This document shows, piece after piece, positions 23,200 through 33,700 of a stretch of DNA of 64,000 bases. The notes below the pieces were generated by a model that made no database searches, had not been told where the DNA came from, and was given only the letters and a program-made list of their open reading frames with translations. The stretch is from Neoechinorhynchus agilis. Its lineage: Eukaryota; Animalia; Acanthocephala. Made by a program: the position numbers and the translations under genes. The stretch's first letter is position 1. Every line of letters starts with the position of its first letter. The stretch lies in contig CM121343.1 of NCBI GenBank assembly GCA_051530055.1, positions 1,644,389 to 1,708,388 on the forward strand. Reading direction: 5' to 3'.

Positions 23200-26100
23200 A
23201 AGGCATCGTCTACACATCACCAATATTTCTTGAGTCCAGGAAGCCAGCTTTTAATATCTTTTCCCAATTTCGCATGAACAACAAAGACAGATTTGGAATC
23301 TTCGAATTGGAGAATCGTCGTCGTTGTACACCACAATAATACCTGGGTCCAATCGTCGAAATTTTGTCTCCTGGTATCCATTGCAGTATCTGTTACAGCT
23401 TGACTAGCCATCATCTCTTGTTTTGTGAATAAGATAAAAGTAAACTTTATTGGCTCGCGTTCTCTTTCCTCACCTGAACAGGTCATGTCTTTCATTTCTC
23501 CTCCTTTTCAATCACCATCTCGTGGTTGTCCTTGTGCGAGTTATCGAACAACACTCGAATTGGGCGTCCGAATATTGCCACCGCGGGACTAACTCCCGGA
23601 CAATTCCTATAGCTTAACAAGGAACTCTGTAGTTGTTTTTCATACTGGGATCGCGGGACACATCTAAACACCCTCTCCTTCACGATTCGCACAAAACGCT
23701 CCGCTTGTCCATTAGTGCTGAGGTGGTATGGGGTAGCATAGATAGGCTTTATCCCATTGTTTACTAGGAACTGTGCAAACGTTTCGGATCGAAAACTTGG
23801 GCCATTATCCATGACCACCTTTCTAGGCAAACTGAATTTGCAAAACAGTCGCCGCATATGAGTGATGAGGGTCGTCGCATCCATCGACCAAACATCAATC
23901 ATTTCTGGCCACTTCGTGAGCGCATCTACCGCCATGAGCCACATTGTGTTCTGCATTGGATCCGCTTAATCTATGTGAATTCGCTCCCATGGAGTCGTCG
24001 GTACATCTCCTGGGATCATATCCGCCTCTGGCTGATTCGGTCGACCTTCTTGACACACCCGACATCGACTCCCATAATTTTCTATTGTTTTGTTCAGCCG
24101 TGGCCACCCGACGTACATCCTTGCCAAAGACTTCATTGACGTCCAGCCTGGATGACCTTGATGTAACACTTTTAGGACATCCTCTCACAACGCCTCTGGG
24201 ATAATTATCCCTCCAAGCTAAAAAAACAATATTGTTTTCGACTGACAGTTCGCTTCTTTTCTCGAAATATGTTCGTAAATTGGGAGGAATGACGGTAGGC
24301 CACTGCGTCTTGATATACTTGCACACCCGCGCCAGCACTGTATTCTTCTTCAAGCTTCGTTTTAGTACCTCTGCGTTTATGATTCTTGAATCATCACGAT
24401 TTATGAGGTCTATATCTTCTACACGACTTTCGGTGGTTCCATCTAGCGGTTCCGGCATTCTCGACAATGCGTTGGTGTACACATTTTCGTTTCCCCTAAC
24501 GAATTCGATCTCATAGTCGTGTTCCATCATGGCAATGGCCCATCTTCGTAGCCGATTGCTTGATATCCTACTCAGTTCTCTTCCCGCACCAAAAATGTGA
24601 ATCAGAGGTTTATGATCAATTCTTAAACGGGATCTCTTTCCAAATATGAAATGGTGAAGTTTCTTTATACCATATAGAATCGCAGCGGCTTCCCTGTCAA
24701 TTGTAGCATAATTCTTTTCAACTGGTGATAAGGTTCTTGATGCGAATGCCACTGGTTTCCACTCATTTTCGTACTGCTGCAGGAGCACAGCACTGAACCC
24801 TGATTCACTGGCATCGCACGCCTCCTTCATTGGATCGATCTTTCTTAACACTCCCATTCCTTATAACCTTCTTATTCCGTTTTGCAGTGGTTCCATCAGT
24901 GGAATTGGGATTCTTTGGGCAGAGAAAATTTAGGTCGTATCTCCTTTTGGACCAGCAATTTCACTTCGAATCCTTGACCCTCCCCAAATATCCATGGAAA
25001 AGCTTCGGGTATTCTACCGACGTTTTTTATTTTAGCACCGTGATCTTCTTTTAATGATTTGCTCGTCTTCATGTCCGTCATCAACTCTTCTTGACGAGGT
25101 TCTTTGCTTGTCGTCAATTTTTGGTCATCTGCTGTAGATGTAGTTTTTGTATCGATCGCAATTTCTTCGTTCCCTCGATGTCCGATAGTCCTTAATTGCG
25201 CTGGAATGATACTTAACTCCTGATTCCAGTTCAGTCCGCATAATGCTCTGTCCATTTTTCGCACCGCCGCGACCTCGACTATTTTCTGTCGCTCCTCATA
25301 CTGAATCTACATAGTCTCTATTTGTTCATTTATAGCCGATAGCAGTAATGGGTAGAACTCCTGATTTACCAATCCCTTTAAGACGTTCAAGCAGCTTGAA
25401 TAGTTCGCCTTTGTTTCTCTGACCTTGCCAGACATCGATCTGATTGTCCCATCCATAAGCCCCGTGCTGTTGATCTTAGGCGAAGAAAAGTCGGAAAAAC
25501 ATCATAGTTTTTACATTTCCTGAGAAAGTCCACGGCCATTATTGTCCGGATATTCTGTGTACCATTAGCCTCTGAATCCCTGAGTATTTGGAAAGCAGAG
25601 TCTCCAAAGATCTGCTTAGTCATATTGAAAAAATCACTCATAGTTTGTTGGTAGTTTTGGAGAACTACAATTGATTATTTATTAAATTCAATATTTCGAT
25701 CCCCAAAAAACACACACTCAGGGATTATCAAGTTATATCCGGTGGAACTCTCGTCCTCAATCTGAAGTCAGGCTTATTGCCTTCAAAAGAATTATACCTG
25801 CTGATGTAAAGGACCTCTACAATAATTCGTCCAAATCGTTTATCGTTACGAACGAGTGTGGCAACACCATCAAAATCAATTGTGTGGCCGGTGTTTTTTG
25901 TGTGAGCCACCACTGCTGAACTCATATCCGTATTACGAGCAATTGACGATTTGTGTTCATTCATCCGCCTTTTAAAATTGTTGGTTTGTTCCACGTAAAC
26001 CTGTTCGCACCCAGAACACGGGATTTTGTGCTGATCTTTCTTGGGGCAAATCAGTCCATGTAGAGTAACGTCAACTCGTTTTGAATCGCATCCAGATTTC

Positions 26101-27900
26101 ATTATACGCTCCATTGCGTGATACGAGCGATCGTCAGGAAATGGCAGCTAAATAAACACACTTTCCTTTATCGACTTCGACTCACTTTGGGATGCATACC
26201 ACACATTCCGAACACACCATTCAAAAACCTGGAGCGGATAGCCATATCGACCTGATAGGTATTTTAGGAAATCAATCTCCTCGTTGACCAACTTGTCATT
26301 GCTGCAGTGTGTGAGAGCGCGGTGGACCAGTGACCTGATCCTCGAAATCTTGTATTTTCGAGGTTGGGCTGATGTCCATGGCACAAGGCCCACTGTTATA
26401 CCTCCCTTTCGGTGCACGCTGGTCGTGTAGAGTGACCATTGTATGATCGATCAATTCTTACATTGAGAAAAGGAAATATTTTTTGATCCTCGTCCTCAAT
26501 CGTCCACTGAATATTCCTATCTTTTCCGTTTAACTCGAACATAAGACGATCTATATTGTCTCCGAAGGGTCAATTAACAGGAACGTGTCGTCAACATATC
26601 TAAGCCAGGTATTGATGCCTCTTATCGACGACAAATGTTCGCCCTCCCAGTGCCGTATATACAGCCCAGCAAGTACAGGGGCTAACGGGCTGCCCATCGC
26701 CACTCCGTCTATCTAATCGTAGTCGATGCCATTGAATTGGAAGTTGCAGAATCTGGTACAAAACTGCAATAGCTTTCGCCAGTCGCTTATAGTTAACTTC
26801 CATTCAGCATTAGTGGACAGGAGTGGAACTGCGAGGTCTATTACTTCATCGATAGGAATTTTCGTGAACAGAAAAACCACATCTGCCGACATCATTCTAT
26901 ACTTGGAATTCCATGATAATTTCAATGTTGATACGAAGTCAGCTCCCGAAGATACCATTGCGCTCCTCAACATACCAGCTACTCTCCTTGAGATGTTCGT
27001 ACAGAAAGTGGAGTGTGCCGCAATTATTGGTCTGAATTTGATAGGCTCTTTATGTACTTTCGCAAGTACATTTTGACGTTTTCGCATCGGTTGAGCGAAG
27101 GATCTTATAATCCCCATAAGGAAGCTTGTTTTTTAAGGTTCAAAAGAATTGAATTTTTTTCACGACTAGACGTTGGGCATCTTGATATTCTAGTAAATTC
27201 GACTCCATTTAAGATTTCCTCTCCTGCACCAATATACTGTTGCTGACTCACTACACAGTGCCCATATCCTTTATCGATATTCAATGGAACTATCTGTGTG
27301 AGCGACTTGAGCATATTGACCCCTCTTAACATCCTTTGTGATACATTGGAATTCACTCCACTCCTCTTGAAGGCAGATTCATAGAAACACTCGAGTTTCC
27401 TTATCGGGATATTTAGATTATCTACTTCCATTCTCATTGCGATCTTTTCTAATTTGGTTCTATAGTCGATTCTCTTTGGTGGATTGTAGGGAATAAAATC
27501 CGGACCATAGCTGAGTAGCTCCAAGACTTCATCCGGCAAAACCACTCCCGAAATATTGCGGATGGAAGCAGTATGCTCAGACGCGACAAAGAGTCGGTTT
27601 CTACCGAAACATTCCATCGTATATTCTGAGCCTCAGACCCTTCCTTAGCTGTTTGGTACCTAACCTTTTCCATATTCGCAATGGAGTTACGGATACGCCG
27701 GCCCCGTATCATATTAGAATTCAACTAACTTTCCCTCGAGTCTCACAATCACGATGATCTTTTGATAACCTCCAATCGCGTTGATACCACGAATTACATC
27801 CTCTCCTTTGTCGAATAGCTTCGTGACCGCTATCTTACATTCCCTTGCAAAATGACCAACTTTCCCGCAACGGCGAACGCCTTAACAATTGTCGCTATAT
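23200..27900 (-). mobile_element. Ty3/Gypsy LTR retrotransposon remnant (gag knuckle, protease, RNase H, integrase), RT core deleted
   Basis: RCGKVGHFAREC knuckle (~27835-27880), DTG protease motif (~27705), ACDASESG/VAFASRTLSPVEKNY/DHKPL RNase H, LHQGHPG...CRVC, PWERIHID, VMDNGPSF, STNGQAERFV integrase. LTRs not identified. Confidence 0.85.
25325..27590 (-). mobile_element. Near-complete frameshifted Penelope-like element (RT plus GIY-YIG) with partial-tandem pLTR, nested in the Gypsy protease
   Basis: RNISGVVLPDEVLELLSYG N-terminus, KVHKEPIKFRPII, SADVVFLFTKIP, RSLVHRALTHC, YKIPCSGCEQVYVEQT...RMNEH (GIY-YIG). A fresh ORF start (FLRKCKNYDVFPTFLRL, 25387-25641) follows the endonuclease. Confidence 0.85.
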
Positions 27901-27915
27901 ATATTCGTAACTTAG

Positions 27916-28302
27916 ATGCCTGAACAAACTTTGTTTACAAACAAGCTCTGGAATGATCTAAATAACAGTTTTACTCTTCGGATGGTCATTTTTGGCGAGA
28001 AAGGACGAAATTTTACTTGGCAGAATAACATTACCGGTTTTGATCCTCGAAAATTTTTGAAGACTTCGGATGGTCATTTGCTTTGTTTTCAGTTTAACAA
28101 GTCTGATTTGGCTACTTACGCAACCTCAGATATAGTGATAATAAAAGCTATTCGTGGTGATGATCAGCAAAAATGGAATATCGCTAACGAGAATATGCTT
28201 TTTTCTATTCGGCTTATTAACTGTCGAAATCGTCTTTATTTGCGCAGAGCAATGGAAGGACCGGGAAATATTGTCATGTCAGTAAAAAGAAGTTCAATGT
28301 GA
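27916..28302 (+). CDS. Unknown 128-aa ORF with weak ricin-B/beta-trefoil (QxW)-like pattern
   Basis: FLKTSDGHLLCFQ...GDDQQKWNI...LINCRNRLYL. Similarity judged by eye only. Confidence 0.3.
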   Translation: MPEQTLFTNKLWNDLNNSFTLRMVIFGEKGRNFTWQNNITGFDPRKFLKTSDGHLLCFQFNKSDLATYATSDIVIIKAIRGDDQQKWNIANENMLFSIRLINCRNRLYLRRAMEGPGNIVMSVKRSSM

Positions 28303-29561
28303 ACTAAAGTTACACTTGTGGGCACGCAAAATAATTGCGTCCGGATAATCGAAAAAACGGTAGTGGAATGGAAATCAAATGACTTATCAGTGTTTGCTTA
28401 GTGGTGAACCACGTTCAAATTCTTAAGAAGGATTCCGCACTTACGGCTAGCGAAATAATCGTGGTTATCAGCGGAATACTAGCATCTAATCAAATGAAAT
28501 CGAAGACCGCAAATTAGAGTCCGTTGATCGTAATGCTAAAAGAACATAATAATAACAGAGGCGATTTTTGAATTAATCATGTTTCAATTACAGAATACCA
28601 ATTATCCATTATTGATTAAGCTCTCTCGGACAACGCCGGGAAAACAGCTAGTATATTTCTAAGTCTTCTTGTTCTGCTTTATTTAAGATCCATCTCACAA
28701 TCATCAGCATGTCTTCTATCATTTGAAGCAACTTGAGAGATCTTCTTGGCTGTCTGATTGGACGATTTGAATATCTCGTGGAGAATCTGACTTGCGCTGA
28801 TGTAAGGGCGAGTTGTTGGCTGCATGGTTTTACTGCTCACCCTTTAGATTGTTTCATAAATCTTATTAACCGTTACTTTTATATGTTTCACTCTAGCCAA
28901 CGAAAAAATCAATAATTTTAAAGTGAACAACTCTCATATCGATTTTCCATCCTCAAGAAATAGCTCATTTGTCATTCTTTTGTTCTATCATACGAATTCC
29001 AAAAGAAATCTCTCAAGTTTCAATTGGACCCTGTAGTATAAACAACGTATTATTAACATTTATTAGCGGATAGATTTGCTTTTTTGCACGAGGACGTCCC
29101 CCAGAACATAGAATGTTCCTTAATGAATTCAGAAATTACAAAAGATTTACCGCCAATTTAATTTTAGCTCGACAACTCTAATCTCAGCACTTTAGAGAAA
29201 AAAATTTAATACAACAACTCGCAAAATACTTTTAGAGATTCTACACTTAGTAAGAAAACAACAATTTTAAGAGCAAAATAGAAATGTTTGATTAGAGGGA
29301 GAGTATGGGTATTGAGGAGCTTAGAGATCGCTCAAACTCATCTCCTACTATCCTTCTCTGTCCCATTCTTCATTTGAGACTCAATAGAGTCGAACTCTCA
29401 AGCAATTAATTTTATCTGTATAACAGTACAACAGTATCCATGTGAAATAAACCAAAAACTCCCGTAGAAATTCATGGAGGGCAAAAATGGTGCGCAGAAC
29501 ATTCTACAATTCTCCATTGATCAGCGGCTCGGTGAAAATGACTTGCACAAAATTATCAAAG

Positions 29562-29805
29562 TGTCGATATATGAGGTATATGATTAGAATTATTGTTTAG
29601 GTCTTCTTCACCGGGTAAATAATTTTTATTAAAAACGTTTCGAACCTCGCCCGGTTCATCATCAGTTTGTTAGTTTGTGCGTCTATTACAAACCAACAAA
29701 CTGATCATGAATCCTGTGAGGTACGAAACGTTTTTTATAAGAAATTATTCACCCGGTGAAGAAGACCTAAACAATAATTCTAGTCATATACCTCATATAT
29801 TGACA
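29562..29805. repeat. Fold-back element, family A, with extended arms
   Basis: tgtcgatatatgaggtatatgattagaattattgtttaggtcttcttcaccggg... mirrored at the right end. The left arm on minus reads CUGAUGA-U-GAACC-GGGCGA-GGUUC-GAA-ACGU-U (29665-29635); the right-arm core is mutated (CTGATCA). Centre GCGTCTATTA at 29679-29688. Confidence 0.85.
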
Positions 29806-29872
29806 TTCGGATTCAGAATTAGAAGTGTTATTTAAGTCATATATCATTGTCCTCGGGGTGAATTTGATTGCA

Positions 29873-29922
29873 CGTTGGCGAATCCTGTCCCCGGTCAACA
29901 CCGGGGACAGGATTCGCCAACG
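29873..29922. other. Perfect 23-bp GC-rich hairpin with 4-nt loop
   Basis: cgttggcgaatcctgtccccggt-caac-accggggacaggattcgccaacg; one arm recurs at 37224-37250 with one mismatch. Confidence 0.9.
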
Positions 29923-29924
29923 CA

Positions 29925-30116
29925 CAATGTTATTTAAATCTTCACCGGGTAAATATTTTTTATTAAAGACGTTTCGAACATCGTTGTTTTCATCATCATT
30001 TTGTTCATCTTTAGCGTCTTTTAATAACTATTAAACTTATGATGAACCCGACGAGGTTCGAACCGTAATTAATAAAAAAAATTATTTACTGAATGAAGAC
30101 GTAAACCATAATTCTA
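29925..30116. repeat. Fold-back element, family A, degenerate
   Basis: The left arm on minus reads ATGATGATGAAAACAACGATGTTCGAAACGTCTTTAATAAA and the right arm is degenerate. Centre GCGTCTTTTA at 30014-30023. Confidence 0.75.
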
Positions 30117-30278
30117 AAAAACCATCTTACGCCACCTTTTTATACAAATTATAAGAGATCGCACATTATACAAATGAGATGTTCTTTTGGTATAAAGACA
30201 ATAACGTAACTTATATGGAGTGTTGTCCTTCATGATAAGTTTTTTTGGTTATGTAATCGTTGATTACATTATCTGACC

Positions 30279-30455
30279 AGATAATTCATTGTTATTTGTC
30301 GATAGGAGAAAATAAATGAAATTAAGATTTTATTGGATATTTCAATCCACTATCATCTAGGCGTCGTAAACAGTTGCAAACAATCGCTGAAGAAGATCCG
30401 AGATATCCAATAAAATCTTAATTTCATTTTTCTCCTATCGACAAAAAAATTATCT
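30279..30455. repeat. Fold-back element with degenerate AUAU-C-type hammerhead-like arms
   Basis: ttgtcgataggagaaaa...tgaaattaagattttattggatat mirrored by atatccaataaaatcttaatttcatttttctcctatcgacaa. The right arm has CTGAAGAAGATCCGAGATATC; centre GCGTCGTAAA at 30361. Confidence 0.8.
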
Positions 30456-30712
30456 GACCTTAATAATGAATCTTCTGAAAACAATGTCCGGGAATGACTT
30501 TCAGGTCTTTACTTGGACATAATTTAAATCCCCTTTCAAATTTAATTTTCAAATTCGAACAAAAAATCATTACTTGAAAGCGTTTCGGCTTTTCTAGATT
30601 GTGAAAAACACTTTTATGATACCCGTGGCTCAAAAGTAAAAATGGAGAGAGCTGACAGAGATGACCCAATAGTACTTATGCATGCACATGTGGCACTTGG
30701 CACACATTTATC

Positions 30713-33700
30713 TTATACATTACGATGGCTGGATTCACCGTCTAGATGTTCAGACCTCTTTCGAGATTTCTTCGAAGAAAACCCGAATCCTGAATTACTT
30801 CCTTGCGCCACGGCAGCATTGTCATCATCATCGTCTTCGGTTTGTAAGAGTCCGATTTTAAGCGCGCCACGATCCAACCGTTCCCTTGCACTTTTAAAAA
30901 CGCTCTCAATTACAACTGAGTCTTCAAAAATAGGCGAGCCTTCAATGTTATATTCTTGGGCATTTCGACAGAGGAGCTCCACATCTTCCTGTAAATGGTC
31001 AATTGATTTGTAATACCTCGATCGTATTCTTTGCTTTATTTTATTGAAATCGATAGGATTCTTAATAATATTGTAGTAGTCCTTCAGCTCTCGCTTCGTT
31101 GGCAATTTCATAAAAGCCGTACTGAGAATACGCGAATCAGTGTCCCTATATTGAAGGACGATATTAAGAAGAGCATTCAATTTGAATTCCAACTCATTGG
31201 TAGCCTTGTCATCAGACTCGTCACTGCGCCTCGGCCTTTGTCCAGCCCGTCCACCTCTGGATCCTCCAATGCGACCACCGTTCCCACCAATCGCAATTAT
31301 ACTCGCACCTCGTCCACGTTTCGATCGTACGGACGAATTCGATTGAATACGTGGATTTACATATTTATCAACATCGGACTCTTCGTTGTTCACAACTCCG
31401 AACGCATCATCGGGACTTTCGGTGTATGAAATAATGCCAGCTCTTCTCTTTCGGGACCGTCTAGTATTTTTGCGCTGAACTTCCAGTGCCTCGAAATCAA
31501 CATCTTCGGTTGCGTTCATCCACGGTCTCTCCATCAAATCATCAGTATAATCGATGCTTTTCTTATTTCTGCGCTCGCTGACAGTCTCATTTACTAAGTT
31601 ACCCGCATTATCATCCTCTAACAACCAGCTTGGTAGCTCACTGTCCTGAAATAACCTACATTTGCCTCCTAACTCAACTTTATCTCGTTCACGCCTTTCT
31701 TGATCCATCCGTTGGAACATGTCATATTCCTCTTCACTCCTTGCTATCATTTGATTTATAGCATCGTCGTCAGGTACCTCCTCCTCGTCGTCAGCATCCT
31801 CGGCTTCTTGCATTAAAATGGCTTGCAGAAATTGACGGCGTTCGTTTGCAGTTGATTTCGCATCGAACATGCCCGCTTGAATGACCTTCTCATCTACGTT
31901 CAATTTGTATTTGGCTGCTGCTTGGATTCGTTCTTCAACTGTATTGACCGACATTAGTCTCAACACCAATACGGCATTTTTCTGGCCAATCCGATGAGCG
32001 CGGTCCTGTGCCTGTAGATCTTGATGAGGATTCCAATCAGAGTCAAAAATGATCACAGTGTCTGCCTTTTGCAAATTAAGGCCAAGACCACCAGCACGAG
32101 TAGACAATAAAAAGACGAAAACATCCGCCCCGTCGCTATTAAATTGCGTCAATAGTTCACCTCTATCCTCCGATTTTGTTTGTCCATCCAATCGAAGGTA
32201 TTTATATCCTCGAAGATGGAAATAATCTTCCATTATCGTCATTAGTGTAGTCATTTGACAGAACAAAAGAACTTTATGGTTGCGCACATGAAGCTTTGGT
32301 AATATGCGATCAAGCAGCTCAAACTTTCCGCTCACTCGATACAAGTCATATCCACTAACGGCATTACCGTTATACCCTAAATGGTGCGCCAATTTCTGTT
32401 CAATTTCTTCAAACATAAATGGATGATTACAAATTTTCCGAAGTTGCATAATTGTATTCAACAATGTTTTTGATCCAGCCTTTCCGCCACCAGTGTCAAC
32501 AACAAGCACTCCGCTTTTCTGCATAGAGTTGTACAATTTTCTTTGTATGGCCGAAAGGTCACATTTTAAAATATATTCAATTTTTTCAGGTAACTGACTC
32601 TCAACGTCTTTTTTCAGTCGTCGTAGAAGGAAGGGTCGTAAGACACGATGCAGTCGCCTAATAATTAGCAAAGTCTCCTCTCGATTCAATTCAACACGCT
32701 CACCAGTTGTAGCAAAAGGAGCATTGAACCATTGCTCAAATGTACTGCATGACTTAAAGATACTTGGTAATAGGAAGTTGAGAAGAGCCCATAACTCCGG
32801 TAGTTTGTTCTGTAAGGGTGTTCCCGTCAATAAAAGACGATGCGGTGCAATATAGTAGGTGTTCAGAACTTGTGTTAGTTTACAATGGTGATTCTTCATA
32901 CGGTGACCTTCATCAATAATCATATATTTCCAGCGTACTTTCGACAGGACAGCCTTGTCCTTTATTATATAATCGTATGTTGTGAGAAGGGCATTGAACC
33001 GACCGCTTTTTATCGAGGAAGTCAACAAACGTCTTGTCTGAGGAGGACCTTTATAGATGATCACATGCACTGACGGTGTCCATTTCTCGAATTCGTTCGA
33101 CCAGTTAGACAGCGTCGATATTGCTTCGACTCTCATCTTTCTAATGATCACGACATTTTAGAACGGGCTTAACAAGTTCAGAATTAACTTCGGTAAACGA
33201 AACTTCAGTAATCTAACAACTACATTACCACTTGTACAAGGTTAGGCTTGGGGAAACTGTTCCAAATTACATTGGAATAAAAAATTATTACGCCATTTAA
33301 GAATATTTCAAAAATTATGATTTTAAATTTAAGGACGCGAAGCCTTACTTGTAACAATTTCAACGGTCAACGAATAGACCTGACAATATTCGTCGTTTTT
33401 AATGAACCAAATTTGGAAAAATCTATCACAGAAATGTGTTTGTATCAGAGTGCATCTTACGAGAGTCAAAGTGCTAAAGGAACGATAATGAGATATGGAC
33501 CATTAACTCGTTTCCTCATTATCAAGTAATTAATAAGCGCAATAGTTTGGATCGTCTTTCCGAGTCCCATCTCGTCGGCTAGAATTCCGTTAAGATTGTT
33601 GTTGTATAACGATACAAGCCACTCGAGACCCTGCAACTGATAAGGCTTAAGTTCACCTCCCATTTGAAATTGAGTTTGGTCCACAATTCGTTCTCTTATT

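Noticed and set aside
22850-23220. LTRs for the Gypsy element
   Set aside because: No matching TG...CA direct repeat could be found on both sides by eye.
33119-33476. IRE1/XBP1-type unconventional intron
   Set aside because: The paired CNG-CNGN 7-nt stem-loops are not present at the two junctions.
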